Below are positions 40,823 through 51,381 of a stretch of 64,000 nucleotides of DNA, piece by piece. Within the stretch, counting starts at the first letter, position 1. The number at the start of each line of letters is the position of its first letter. The DNA is taken from the NCBI GenBank assembly GCA_963677485.1, contig OY781964.1:1568001-1632000 (forward strand), in the 5' to 3' direction. The DNA is from Armatimonadota bacterium. GTDB lineage: Bacteria > Armatimonadota > HRBIN16. The notes under the pieces were generated by a model. That model searched no databases, had not been told where the DNA came from, and was given only the letters and a program-made list of their open reading frames with translations. The position numbers and the translations under genes are program-made.

Positions 40823-41398
40823 CTACTTCAGGCGTCGGCTGCCGCGCTCGGTGATGGGCTCACCGGCTTTGCATTGAGGGCACTCATCGGGAGCCCATGC
40901 CTGCACCACCATGCTCAGCAGACTCTCGGTGGGCACACCCAGATCCACATTGCCTCCGCTGCGGTCCACGAAGATGCCGACTCCCATCACGTTGGCGTGA
41001 TGGTCTTTCAGCATGTCAAGCACCTCGAAAACCGAGAGGCCGGTGGTCAGCACATCGTCTACCACCAGAACGCGTTCGCCGCGCTCGATCTCAAATCCAC
41101 GGCGCAGCACACGCTTGCCATCTTCGCGTTCGGCATACACCGCGCGGACGCCCAGTTGCCGGGCGACTTCATAGGCGATCAAGATTCCGCCGGTGGTTGG
41201 ACCGCATACGACCTCAATGTTTTTGTCACGGAACCGGTCAGCGATATTACGGCACAGCAGTTCCACTTGCTCAGGAAACTGTAGGACCTGGAATTTTTCG
41301 AAATATGTATCGCTGTGTTTCCCGGAGCTGAGTTGAAAGTGCCCCTCTAACACAGCCCCGCAATTGCGGAAGACCTGCAGTAAATCTGCGGACGTCAT
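40823..41398 (-). CDS. pyrE: Orotate phosphoribosyltransferase
   Basis: GHFQLSSGKHS, VLVVDDVLTTG, PRTase fold. Confidence 0.95.
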   Translation of the reverse strand: MTSADLLQVFRNCGAVLEGHFQLSSGKHSDTYFEKFQVLQFPEQVELLCRNIADRFRDKNIEVVCGPTTGGILIAYEVARQLGVRAVYAEREDGKRVLRRGFEIERGERVLVVDDVLTTGLSVFEVLDMLKDHHANVMGVGIFVDRSGGNVDLGVPTESLLSMVVQAWAPDECPQCKAGEPITERGSRRLK

Positions 41399-41530
41399 CA
41401 GTTACTACTCCTTGCATATGGCGCGGTTGAAGCTGCGCCTCCAAAACTATTGTATCAAGCTGTGCCATTTGATACCCAAGTTGTTGTAGATATAATGTAC
41501 ATAGGAAGTAACTCTAGCACTAAGGAGCTA

Positions 41531-41869
41531 ATGATGATATCTCTAACCGAACGCGCTGCCACTGAAATCAAGGCAGTCATGGAGCAAAATAACGCCACCG
41601 ATGCATACCTGCGCGTCGCGGTCGCCGGACACGGCTGCCACGGCATGAACTACCAGCTTGGTCTGGACCCGGAAGTGAGCGAGCCCGATTCCGTATACGA
41701 AAGCTTCGGCGTGAAGATCGCCATCGACGGCATCAGCCTTAGCATGATGGAAGGTTCGACCATCGCGTATATGGAGAGCGAAGATGGTGCTGGTTTCAGC
41801 ATCGAGAACCCGAATGACGTTCCCGAAGAGGGCTGCAGTGGCGGTTGCGCCGGCTGCGGCGGTCACTAA
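41531..41869 (+). CDS. A-type Fe-S carrier (IscA/ErpA/HesB family)
   Basis: AAGGAG RBS before ATG 41531/41534; ISLTERAA, GCHGMNY, GFSIENPN, Cys-rich tail. Confidence 0.9.
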   Translation: MMISLTERAATEIKAVMEQNNATDAYLRVAVAGHGCHGMNYQLGLDPEVSEPDSVYESFGVKIAIDGISLSMMEGSTIAYMESEDGAGFSIENPNDVPEEGCSGGCAGCGGH

Positions 41870-41890
41870 CACCGCATCAGATTTCAGCGT

Positions 41891-41926
41891 AAGGAGCTAG
41901 AGCTTGACCGTTCTAGCTCCTTTTTT
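41891..41926 (+). terminator. Intrinsic terminator
   Basis: AAGGAGCTAGA/TCTAGCTCCTT stem followed by a T run. Confidence 0.8.
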
Positions 41927-41974
41927 GTATACAAACGCAGTCCGAGTTCACAAATCTGGAGATAACCACATCAT

Positions 41975-42994
41975 ATGAGCACACAAATCTATCCTGTAGA
42001 GCCCAAACGCTACTTCGATGGCCGCCCGGACGCCAGTTACCGTCTGGATGTCACCGATGAGGGCGTGGTGTTTGAGCACGGCCACGGTCCTGACCAATGT
42101 GATTACCTTGGCGCCAGAGAGGCTTCCGCCTTCGAGTGGCAGGGGAAATACTACCTGCATTACGATGGTGCCGGACTGACCGGCTGGCTGGCCTGCCTTG
42201 CCAGCAGCACCGATCTACGCCACTGGCAACGTCACGGACCAGTTCTTCAGTTGGGGGAACAAGGCACCCTGGACAGCGGCAGTGCCTCCTCACCCTGGAT
42301 ATACAACGATGGTCACAAATGGCATATGTTCTATGTGGCCACACCGACCACCACCCCTGGACCGGAGTTTGTGCCGGCGTTACCCTATTACACCAATAAG
42401 GCCGAAGCTGATGTACCGACAGGCCCATGGAGAAAGCGCTACGACATCGTGCCGTTCCGCACGGTGCCAGGCACTTATTACAGTCTGGTTGCCTCTCCGG
42501 GACCGGTGGTTAAGTATGGCGACGAGTACCTGATCTTCTTCAGCAGCACCACTGCCACCGAGAAATCTCCCTGTGTACGCACCCTGGGCATCGCGCGCAC
42601 GAAAGACCTGGACGGTTCCTGGACGGTCGACGCGCAGCCGATGGTACCGATCGAGGAGCAGATTGAGAACGCTTCTATCTATTTTGAGAAGAGCAGCGAT
42701 ACCTGGTTCCTGTTCACCAACCACATCGGCATTGACGAGCAGGGAGCGGAGTATACCGACGCCATCTGGGTTTACTGGACGAAGAATCTGAACCACTGGG
42801 ATGCCGCCAACAAGGCGGTTGTGGTGGACGGCGCAAACAGCAGTTGGGCGTTTGAGTGCCTGGGAATGCCCTCTGTGCTGGTGGTAGGTGATAAGCTGGC
42901 GATACTGTATGATGCGGCACCTGGTCATAGCAAAAGCCACATGCAGCGTCACATCGGATTAGCCTGGGTGGATCTACCGCTGGTCACCCCGTAA
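41975..42994 (+). CDS. Five-bladed beta-propeller glycoside hydrolase-like protein (GH32/43/130 clan)
   Basis: YYLHYDG, LASSTDLRHW, WHMFY, IARTKDLDGSW, IENAS. Confidence 0.7.
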   Translation: MSTQIYPVEPKRYFDGRPDASYRLDVTDEGVVFEHGHGPDQCDYLGAREASAFEWQGKYYLHYDGAGLTGWLACLASSTDLRHWQRHGPVLQLGEQGTLDSGSASSPWIYNDGHKWHMFYVATPTTTPGPEFVPALPYYTNKAEADVPTGPWRKRYDIVPFRTVPGTYYSLVASPGPVVKYGDEYLIFFSSTTATEKSPCVRTLGIARTKDLDGSWTVDAQPMVPIEEQIENASIYFEKSSDTWFLFTNHIGIDEQGAEYTDAIWVYWTKNLNHWDAANKAVVVDGANSSWAFECLGMPSVLVVGDKLAILYDAAPGHSKSHMQRHIGLAWVDLPLVTP

Positions 42995-43040
42995 TTTGAG
43001 CGGAGTGATGCCCATGGGGGTGATCGGAAGCGAAGGAATG

Positions 43041-43190
43041 TCACGCGAAGACGCGAAGGCGCGAAGGGGAGGATCCACAGATGGTGCAGATTATGCGGGT
43101 TCTACCCGCCAACATATAACCAATTCCGCGACATAAATATTGCGGCACAGGACGGATACGACCCCAATCTGCATTTGTGGGTAATGGACT
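43041..43190. repeat. Micro-repeats plus a deleted derivative of the 9090-9460 element
   Basis: tcacgcgaag acgcgaag gcgcgaag; ttccgcgacataaat (~43124); 43155-43185 matches the reverse complement of ~9092-9122. Confidence 0.65.
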
Positions 43191-43196
43191 GAACAC

Positions 43197-43235
43197 AAAA
43201 CCGGCGGTCCACTTATGTTTGGACCACCGGCTTTA
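43197..43235. terminator. Probable bidirectional terminator between convergent genes
   Basis: aaaaccggcggtcca...tggaccaccggcttt. Confidence 0.5.
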
Positions 43236-43332
43236 TGTTTGCAGACTAGTTTGGTGTGGCCTGCTACAGTGTCGAACTGTCAGACCAGCCAGGCAGATCC
43301 GCCTGGCCCCACTACCGTCTGCTTGATGTCGA

Positions 43333-43989
43333 TTACTGACGAGCACCAGCTCTTTGCAGAAGTGTCGAGATCTTGGCATGTTGGCGCTGTTTTGCCCAGG
43401 TCAACGGGGTTTTACCCAGTCGATCTCTTACATTCAAGCTCGCGTGGGCTGCGATCAACACTTTGACCACGTCAGCACGGTCTGTGGAGACGGCATCAAA
43501 GATGGGGGTAATCCCCTTCTTGTCACGAACGTTCTTGTCCGCTCCAGCTCGTAAAAGAACTGTGGCACAACTGCCGTTCATAGCATTATGCAGTGCGGTA
43601 CGACCGTCCTGGTCCTGGATATTCACCCTGGCTCCACGGCGTATCAACATCTTGCATTCGGCGATCTGGCCTTGAAGAGATGCCATGTACAGTGGTGTCC
43701 GTCCGCAGTAGTCACGAGTGTTGACATCGGCACCCTTGGAAATCAGCCATTCGGCCAGCTCTATGCCTTTTTGTTTGGCTGCATAGTGTAGAGGCGTCAT
43801 GCCCATGTCATCTCTGGTGCGTGCCAACATGGGTTCGTCTTTGATGATATCCATCACTTGCTGATACTTGCCCAGCCGGATAAGGTCGCCTACTTCATCG
43901 ACTGTCGTGGCACATACAGGTGCGGATATAGCGATTACCGAGAGTCCGAAGGCCAGTAAGGCCATCTTGGTAAGTGTTACTGAACGCAT
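43333..43989 (-). CDS. Secreted ankyrin-repeat protein
   Basis: Signal peptide; GMTPLHYAA, GRTPLYMAS, GRTALHNA, GITPIFDAV, GKTPLTWA. Confidence 0.93.
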   Translation of the reverse strand: MRSVTLTKMALLAFGLSVIAISAPVCATTVDEVGDLIRLGKYQQVMDIIKDEPMLARTRDDMGMTPLHYAAKQKGIELAEWLISKGADVNTRDYCGRTPLYMASLQGQIAECKMLIRRGARVNIQDQDGRTALHNAMNGSCATVLLRAGADKNVRDKKGITPIFDAVSTDRADVVKVLIAAHASLNVRDRLGKTPLTWAKQRQHAKISTLLQRAGARQ

Positions 43990-44044
43990 GCGATTTCTCC
44001 TTAACGGAAGAAAACTACGTCATATATATCACAGGGTATCGGTT

Positions 44045-44551
44045 CTATGGGTTGCTTGTCTGCCTTAAGTCAAGGCGCTTTATGCCGCCCCGCCCACCCA
44101 CGGTGATATAAACGCGAATTGGTGTTGTTTGCTTCATCACTGTAATCTTATGCCTGTCGCAACTGAGTAGAACTGTATCATCAGAGCTGCCTGTAGCCAG
44201 TTGTTTATACTGGTAGCTGGGCTCTGCATGGTTCATATCTAGCGGACAGTACAGCGAATCCCTGTCCTTTTGCGTGAGAAATGGTGTTAGTTGCTTGAGA
44301 TTGGCAGGATACGATCCGTTATGGCGTATCTTGTATCGGTCTATAGCCGATTTTAGCGTGATGGTGTTGAAGCTGCATTGCTGCATTTTTTGATACTGAG
44401 GTAATTTATTGACCTGATAGATTATAAAGCCAAACCCAACCACGGTGATGAGCGCCACAACCATGATGCCCATGAGGCACCCTCGTATGGTGGCTTGAAA
44501 AGGGCTGCGTGTGGTCTTCGTAATCTGACCATTTTCTGGTAACTGTTGCAA
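44045..44551 (-). CDS. Membrane-anchored pseudopilin-like protein
   Basis: Single TM helix followed by CSFN..LKSAIDRY..HNGSYPANL..L..CP, a GspG/pilin-like C-terminal pattern. Confidence 0.55.
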   Translation of the reverse strand: MQQLPENGQITKTTRSPFQATIRGCLMGIMVVALITVVGFGFIIYQVNKLPQYQKMQQCSFNTITLKSAIDRYKIRHNGSYPANLKQLTPFLTQKDRDSLYCPLDMNHAEPSYQYKQLATGSSDDTVLLSCDRHKITVMKQTTPIRVYITVGGRGGIKRLDLRQTSNP

Positions 44552-44679
44552 TGGCTCGGTTCTCCCTCAGCGTTTCAATATGCTGTAACTATACAAGTAT
44601 ACCCGCTGGCTGCATAGAAATGCGTCAGTATAGATTCGTATAGTAATATAAAATGAACACACAAAATAAGCAGGTATAG

Positions 44680-46092
44680 ATGTCCATTAACCGCAGTAGA
44701 ACGGAACTCCTGGATCACGAACCCATCCCACAGCTCCTGTTCAGCTTTTCGCTGCCCACCATCACAGGTATGCTGGTGATGGCTAGTTATAACATCATCG
44801 ATCGCATCTTCATCGGACGGGGGGTAGGATCCGTCGGTATCGCGGCTGTGACCGCGGGTTTCCCTATCATGCTGATCATGATGGCCTTTGGGCAGTTAGT
44901 GGGCATTGGCGGAGGCTCCCTCACCAGCATCCGGCTGGGACAGAAACGCATTGAAGAAGCCGAGTTGATCATGAGCAAGAGCTTTGGCACCATGATAGGC
45001 ATCTCGTTGATGATGATGACGCTCGGACAGATTCTTCTGGTGCCTGCGCTCAGGTTGTTTGGTGTGACGGACGACATCCTGCCATACAGTGTGCAGTTCA
45101 TGCGGATCATCCTCAGCGTCTCTCTGTTCAACACGATCACCATGGGCTGGAACAACTTCATCAGAGCCCAGGGTGATCCCAAAACGGCGATGGTCACCAT
45201 GATGCTTTCGGCTGCCACGAACCTGGTGCTGGCGCCCCTATTCATACTGGTGTTCCATTGGGGTATCACCGGTGCCGCGCTGGCTACAGCTTGCGCTATG
45301 GGCGTATCGACCTGCTGGGTTCTCAACTACTTCCTGAAGGGAAGAAGCGCGCTCAAGGTGCATTGGGATCTGCTGATCATCAAACGGGCCGACTTGCCTC
45401 TGGTGTTTGAAATCATGTCAGTGGGTATGGCCCCCTTCTTCATGCAGTTGGCCAGCGTGATGGTCATGTCTATCTACAACCATGGGGTCATCCATTACGC
45501 ACCACTGAGCGGATATCCTGCGAACCTTGGTCTGGCGGCGATAGGTATTGTGATGGCTACTGGAGCCATCGTGGTGATGCCCATGATCGGCCTGAACCAG
45601 GGCGCCCAGCCGATCATTGGATACAGCTTCGGAGCCAAAAAATACGACCGACTGAAAGAGACGGTGATGTTGGCCATGGGGGCTGCGTCGGTATATGCGA
45701 TTATCTGCTGGGCGGTGATTTGCCACGCTCCGCACGCTGTCGCCTCGGTGTTCAACAGCCAGGACACGCAACTGATCAGCCTGGCTTCGAAGGCACTGTT
45801 CTACTCATTTATCGCCTTGCCAGTGGTGGGCGTACAGGTGGTGTGCAGTAACTATTTTCAAGCCATGGGGAAGGCGAAGATCGCCACTTTCCTGACGCTG
45901 AGCCGTCAGTTGATATTTCTGATCCCCTGCATGTTAATACTGCCGAGGTATCTGGGCATAAACGGCATCTTCATGAGCCAGCCAATTGCGGATGTGCTCT
46001 CCGCACTGATCACCGTCATCGTATTCTTGATTGACTTTAAGCGGTTAGGTCGGCATGATGGCCGCCGAATCGTGGAAGAGGCGTCCGCATGA
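44680..46092 (+). CDS. MATE-family efflux transporter (MepA-like)
   Basis: YNIIDRIFIG, IRAQGD, GAALAT, QGAQPIIGY, RQL; about 12 TM helices. Confidence 0.93.
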   Translation: MSINRSRTELLDHEPIPQLLFSFSLPTITGMLVMASYNIIDRIFIGRGVGSVGIAAVTAGFPIMLIMMAFGQLVGIGGGSLTSIRLGQKRIEEAELIMSKSFGTMIGISLMMMTLGQILLVPALRLFGVTDDILPYSVQFMRIILSVSLFNTITMGWNNFIRAQGDPKTAMVTMMLSAATNLVLAPLFILVFHWGITGAALATACAMGVSTCWVLNYFLKGRSALKVHWDLLIIKRADLPLVFEIMSVGMAPFFMQLASVMVMSIYNHGVIHYAPLSGYPANLGLAAIGIVMATGAIVVMPMIGLNQGAQPIIGYSFGAKKYDRLKETVMLAMGAASVYAIICWAVICHAPHAVASVFNSQDTQLISLASKALFYSFIALPVVGVQVVCSNYFQAMGKAKIATFLTLSRQLIFLIPCMLILPRYLGINGIFMSQPIADVLSALITVIVFLIDFKRLGRHDGRRIVEEASA

Positions 46093-46310
46093 CCACATAT
46101 GTGGTGACTCGAATAGACCCAGAGCCGATCGAAAAGCAGAATGTCTTTGCTGATGACTTTACCCAAGCCGCCGAACGGTCACGCCTGCGCCGTCCAGGCT
46201 ATCTGTTGAGTGTGGCGATTTACAAGCTCAAGAGCAGTGCGATCGTGCGGTTTTACGTCAACCCAGATGGCAGCCTGCAGGAGTTGGGCCGCTACGAAAC
46301 CAAACCGTAG
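46089..46310 (+). CDS. Small hypothetical protein translationally coupled to the MATE gene
   Basis: ATGA overlap with the MATE stop; GAGG upstream; protein-like composition. Confidence 0.6.
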   Translation: MTTYVVTRIDPEPIEKQNVFADDFTQAAERSRLRRPGYLLSVAIYKLKSSAIVRFYVNPDGSLQELGRYETKP

Positions 46311-46467
46311 CGTGTACACCGCAAAGGGAATTCTAATCCACAGATTTCACAGATTACGCAGATTAGGTAATGACCACGCCGGTTTTTCGGTAATATAACA
46401 ATCGTTGAACAGCCCATCTCCGGCGCGGTCTGGCGTATAGGGGTTTTTCGCGATACTCCCTTCCCGC

Positions 46468-47800
46468 CGCGACATCAATGTCTCGGCTATTGATCAATAA
46501 GGCTGCTGAAGCAGTCTGGGTGAGTGCCGATGGAGCCCTATTGCCTATGTCCGGGGCGGTCTGTGCGTAGGCTAGCGGATGCAGAAGGCTCGAGACCGCG
46601 CCGGTCTGGCGGATAGCCATGAAAGATTGGTGTCGGGAACAAGACCGGCACGGTCTATAGCAAGTGGCCTCCGCAAGCGGTACTGACAGACCGCCCCGCA
46701 CATAGCCAATCTGGTTACGGTAGCCTCCCCCGCGCCCGCTTGCGGGCTGCCAACTCATTAGCGATGGGTGATGGAGCCCCGTTCACGGGGCGATGGAACC
46801 CGTCGGAACGAGGCTACTGTCTTTGATCGGAGGTGACCGACCAAGCGGCCGCGACATCAATGTCTCGGCTATTGATCAATAAGACTGCTGAAGCAGTCTG
46901 GGGGAGTGCCGATGGAGCCCTATTGCCTATGTCCGGGGCGGTCTGTGCGTAGGCTAGCGGATGAAGAAGGCTCGAGACCGCGCCGGTCTGGCGGATAGCC
47001 GTGAAAGAAATGTGTCGGGAACAAGACCGGCGCGGTCTGTAGCCAGTGGCCTCCGCAGGCGTACTGCCAGACCGCCCCGGACATAGCCAATCAGGCTGCG
47101 GTGGCCTCCCCCTCGCCCGCTTGCGGGCTGCCAACTCATTAGCGATGGGTGATGGAGCCCCGTTCACGGGGCGATGGAACCCGTCGAAGTAGGGCTACTG
47201 GATATAATCGGAGGTGACCGACCACGCTGCCGCGACATCAATGTCTCGGCTATTGATCAATAAGACTGCTGAAGCAGTCTGGGGGAGTGCCGATGGAGCC
47301 CTATTGCCTATGTCCGAGGCGGCCTGTGCGCAGGCTAGCGGATGAAGAAGGCTCGAGACCGCGCCGGTCTGGCGGATAGCCGTGAAAGATATGTGTCGGG
47401 AACAAGACCGGCGCGGTCTGTAGCCAGTGGCCTCCCCCGCGCCCGCTTGCGGGCTGCCAACTCATTAGCGATGGGTGATGGAGCTCCGTTCACGGGGCGA
47501 TGGAACCCGTCGGAACGGGGCTACTAGCTTTGATCGGAGGTGACCGACCACGCGGCCGCGACATCAATGTCTCGGCTATTGATCAATAAGGCTGCTGAAG
47601 CAGTCTGGGTGAGTGCCGATGGAGCCCTATTGCCTATGTCCGGGGCGGTCTGTGCGTAGGCTAATGGCTGCAGAAGGCTCGAGACCGCGCCGGTCTGGCG
47701 GATAGCCGTGAAAGATATGTGTCGGGAACAAGACCGGCGCGGTCTGTAGCCAGTTGGCATCGCAAGCCGTCTGCCAGACCGCCCGGACATTGCCAATCTA
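46468..47800. repeat. Tandem array of four ~330-380-bp composite palindromic units
   Basis: Units start cgcgacatcaatgtctcggctattgatc at 46468, 46850, 47231 and 47557. Each has nested IRs: outer atgtccggggcggtctg/cagaccgccccggacat (right arm deleted in unit 3) and inner agaccgcgccggtct/agaccggcgcggtct. Confidence 0.92.
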
Positions 47801-47822
47801 GTTACGTACAGGCGTCCGCCGC

Positions 47823-48269
47823 CTACGGCTTGTTAACCGCCACACCCGCCTCACTCAAAACACGCATGGCCGCCAAAACGGCCTCCCGCTGCTCTTCAGA
47901 AAGCCTATCCAACGCCAGCACCATGCGATCAACCCGTCGGGTGCGGCGGGCACCAATATGCTGTATTCCGCTTTCGGTGAGATGCAGTAATTTCACACGA
48001 CGGTCTTGCTGACTCACCACACGCTCCACCAGCCCTGACCGCTGCAGCCGGTCGGCTAATTGGGTAGCCGCGCTGGTGGTGATACCAAGCTCCTTTGCCA
48101 GCTCGGTGATGGGTTTGGGTGCTTCATACAACGCATTACAGGCGCGCATATGAGCCACAGAAAGCTCATATGCGATATCCCCGCTCTCCAGGCTGTACAG
48201 GTTCCGCATCAGCCTGCTGATCAGCAGTACCATTTCACTTGCCTGCGTCTGTAGCTGTGGCTCAGTCAT
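47823..48269 (-). CDS. MarR-family transcriptional regulator
   Basis: Probable start MTEPQ at 48269, overlapping the RND stop; ELAKELGIT.SAATQLADRL..SGLVER....DRR. Confidence 0.92.
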   Translation of the reverse strand: MTEPQLQTQASEMVLLISRLMRNLYSLESGDIAYELSVAHMRACNALYEAPKPITELAKELGITTSAATQLADRLQRSGLVERVVSQQDRRVKLLHLTESGIQHIGARRTRRVDRMVLALDRLSEEQREAVLAAMRVLSEAGVAVNKP

Positions 48270-51200
48270 GAGCGATCTTTTTCCGGCTACGGGCACTCAC
48301 CAGTTGGTCCATTAAGGAATAGACTACCGGCACCACAAACAGCGTGAGCGCGGTGGATGTCAGCAAGCCGCCGATGACCGTGGTAGCCATTGGCGCCTGC
48401 ACTTCAGCACCTTCGCCAAGCGCCAGTGCCAGCGGGAACATACCCAATATTGCTGCGGACGCGGTCATCAAGATAGGCCGTAGGCGGGTGTGTCCTGCGG
48501 TGAGCAAGGCCTCTTCACGTTCAATCCCGCGGTGCCTGAGCTGGTTCGTGTAGTCCACCAGCAGGATACCGTTCTTCACCACGATGCCCACAAGCATCAG
48601 TACCCCAATGAACGCTGTCAAGCCAAACGCGCGGTTGGTGAGGAACAGGCCCAGCACCACCCCCGATCCCGCCAGCGGCACTGAGAGCAGAATGGTCAGC
48701 GGATGGATGAAAGACTCAAACTGAGCAGCCAGCAGCATGTAAATGAGTGCGATGGCTAAGAATACCGCCATCCCCATACCGCCGAACTCATCGGCGGCAC
48801 GCTTCTGGTTGGTGCCCCAGTCCCAGTAATACCCTGATGGCAGCTTCACATCCTTCATCACCTTCTGAACATCGGCCTGGATATCGCCAGAAGACCGCCC
48901 CTGCGGCACTCCGGTGACGGCCACATAGCGCTTGCGGTCCATCCGGCTGATTTCGCTGGGACCCATGCCATACTCAGGCGTGGCCACTTGGCTGAGCACC
49001 ACATCGGGTGCATTCACGCCATTTTTTACGATGATCCCGCCCATCTTCTCCACCGTCTTGCGTTCCGCCTCAGGCAGTTGCACAATGATGGGATACTGGT
49101 AGCCATTCTCCTGGTAATAACTTGCGATGTCGCCATTGGTTGCCGTGCTGATCGTATCGGCGATGTCGCTGAAGCTGACTCCCAGTTGTTGTGCCTTCTG
49201 CCGGTCTACATGCCACTGAACCTCCGGCATCGCTTCCTGCCAGTTTACGTCCAGGTTCTCCAGCCCGTTCACCGTGCGTAGTTGAGCGATGATCTGCTTC
49301 GAGACTGCAGACAGGGTGGTAAGATTATCGCCGAAGATATCGACCTCCACGTTTTGGGCGCCACCGGTCATGATCTGTGTGACAATATCATCCTGTGAGG
49401 GTCGTGCATTCACGCCTGGGATCTTTGCAAGATCTTTACGCAAACCCTTGATGATCTCCAGCGTCGAATGCTTGCGATCGGCCTTCAGCTTCACAGACAC
49501 TGAGCCCTGATAAGGCCGGAGCGTTCCACCTCTCGAACCGCCAGCCCCTGCAGAAGCCATGGCGGTGGCAACATCCGGGTTCTTCAGCACGATTGCCTCT
49601 ATCTTCTGCATCGCTTTGTTGGTTTGCTCCAGGGCCGAACCAATAGGCAGTTTTACGCTGACACTGAAGTTACCGTTGTCCGTCTGCGGCAAAAGTTCGG
49701 TAGGAATCTGGGTGGCCAACAGCATGCCGACCAGCGTGATTCCTACTGCCCCGCATATTGTGATCATCCTGTGATGAAGTGCCCAGCGCAGAGCGTTTTG
49801 GTAGTTGGTGTCCAGTGCATTCAACCATTCACCCGCGGTGTGGAAGGCTCGCATCAGTGGACTGGGGTGAGTGGCTCCGGATTTCAAGCTCTCAGAATGC
49901 GCCTCGCCCGATATCAGTTTTGTGGCCAGCATCGGCACCACCGTGGTGGCGTCAAGAAGAGAGACCGCCAGTGAGAATATCACTACCAGCGCGAACTGCG
50001 TATACATCTGCCCCGCCTGCCCCTTGATGAGCAGCAGCGGTAGAAAGACCACCATAACCGTCCAGGTAGAGGCGACCACCGCCGAGACGATCTCCTCTGT
50101 TCCGCTGATGGCGGCATCATGGGCGTTCTTCTTGTCGCGCTCGATATGCCGGAAGATATTCTCCAGCACCACCACCGCGTCATCCACAATCAAACCCGTA
50201 GCCAAAGCAAGTCCTCCCAACGACATGGTGTTGATGGTGAACCCGCACATATAGATCAGGCCGAAAGTGGAGATGATGGAGAATGGGATGGACAGTGCCA
50301 CCACGAGTGTGCTTCGCACGTTGCGCAGGAAGAAGAGCAGAATCAACACGGCCAGAATACCGCCGATGATAGCACTATCGCGCACATTGTTGACCGAGTT
50401 GCGGATGAATTGCGACTGATCGTAAGCCAGCCCGAGCTTCAGATCGGGAAACAGCGTCTGTATCCGCTTGATACGCTCAAACACCGCATCTGCGGTGCTG
50501 ATGGTATTGGCCGCGCTCTGTTTCGTGATCGAGATGCTGACGGAGGGTTTGCCGTTGAATCGCGTATAAAGGCGTGTTTCTGTGTGGGCATCGCGCACCT
50601 CAGCCACGTCCCTTACCGAAACCAGCCGGCCATTCACCGACCTGATGGGGATGTTCCTGATCTCTTCCGGGTCTTTGAACCAGCCTGTGCTTCGGATGGT
50701 ATACTCTGTGTTGCCCTGCTTGGCGATGCCGGCTGGTAGGTTGACATTCTCCTGAGCGAGCCGTTTGGATATCTCCGCCAGGGAGATGCCGTGAGCTCGC
50801 AGTTTATATGGGTCGACATCGATAATGATGGCCCGCTCTTGCCCGCCTCCAACTGACGATGAAGCCACACCATCTACGGAGTCAAGCATTGGGGTGATCT
50901 GATTATCGACCATCGCGCGAAGTTTGACGGGGTCATCTATGCCCGACACCGCGTAGGAGATGATAGGCATCTGGTTGGGGTCCATCTTCATGATGGTGGG
51001 GTTTTGGATGGTTGCATCCTTAGGAAATGAGCGTTGGGCCCTCTGCACCTGCTGCAGCACATCGACCGTCGCCTGGCCGATATCAACACCCCAGCGGAAC
51101 TGGATCCGAACCTGTGACGAGCCTGTGACGCTGCTCGATGTCACCTGATACATACCTGGCGTAGACGAGACAGCCCGCTCCATCGGGCGGGTGATCTGCG

Positions 51201-51381
51201 CCTCGATCTCCTCTGGAGCCACATTCGGCCATGTGGTGGAGACGCTGACCGTGGGCATGGTCACATTTGGCAGCAGGTCGACCGGCAGCCGGGTATAGCA
51301 GACCGCTCCCAGCAGCACCAGCGCGGCAACGCGCATGATCACCGCGACCGGACGGGTGACCGCATAATGACCGATGCTCAT
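48262..51381 (-). CDS. RND efflux permease (AcrB/AcrD/AcrF family)
   Basis: 1039 aa; LPVDLLP, GLIVDDAVVVLENI, GIVVKNGILLVD, RLRPILMT. Confidence 0.96.
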   Translation of the reverse strand: MSIGHYAVTRPVAVIMRVAALVLLGAVCYTRLPVDLLPNVTMPTVSVSTTWPNVAPEEIEAQITRPMERAVSSTPGMYQVTSSSVTGSSQVRIQFRWGVDIGQATVDVLQQVQRAQRSFPKDATIQNPTIMKMDPNQMPIISYAVSGIDDPVKLRAMVDNQITPMLDSVDGVASSSVGGGQERAIIIDVDPYKLRAHGISLAEISKRLAQENVNLPAGIAKQGNTEYTIRSTGWFKDPEEIRNIPIRSVNGRLVSVRDVAEVRDAHTETRLYTRFNGKPSVSISITKQSAANTISTADAVFERIKRIQTLFPDLKLGLAYDQSQFIRNSVNNVRDSAIIGGILAVLILLFFLRNVRSTLVVALSIPFSIISTFGLIYMCGFTINTMSLGGLALATGLIVDDAVVVLENIFRHIERDKKNAHDAAISGTEEIVSAVVASTWTVMVVFLPLLLIKGQAGQMYTQFALVVIFSLAVSLLDATTVVPMLATKLISGEAHSESLKSGATHPSPLMRAFHTAGEWLNALDTNYQNALRWALHHRMITICGAVGITLVGMLLATQIPTELLPQTDNGNFSVSVKLPIGSALEQTNKAMQKIEAIVLKNPDVATAMASAGAGGSRGGTLRPYQGSVSVKLKADRKHSTLEIIKGLRKDLAKIPGVNARPSQDDIVTQIMTGGAQNVEVDIFGDNLTTLSAVSKQIIAQLRTVNGLENLDVNWQEAMPEVQWHVDRQKAQQLGVSFSDIADTISTATNGDIASYYQENGYQYPIIVQLPEAERKTVEKMGGIIVKNGVNAPDVVLSQVATPEYGMGPSEISRMDRKRYVAVTGVPQGRSSGDIQADVQKVMKDVKLPSGYYWDWGTNQKRAADEFGGMGMAVFLAIALIYMLLAAQFESFIHPLTILLSVPLAGSGVVLGLFLTNRAFGLTAFIGVLMLVGIVVKNGILLVDYTNQLRHRGIEREEALLTAGHTRLRPILMTASAAILGMFPLALALGEGAEVQAPMATTVIGGLLTSTALTLFVVPVVYSLMDQLVSARSRKKIAHD

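Noticed and set aside
46363-47796. Repeated small ORFs (e.g. 46363-46758, 46814-47167, 47524-47796) as a paralogous peptide family
   Set aside because: They are translations of the palindromic repeat; starts, frames and ends differ between copies and there is no RBS.
46468-47800. CRISPR array
   Set aside because: Units are 330-380 bp and similar along their whole length, there are no unique spacers, and no cas genes are in the window.
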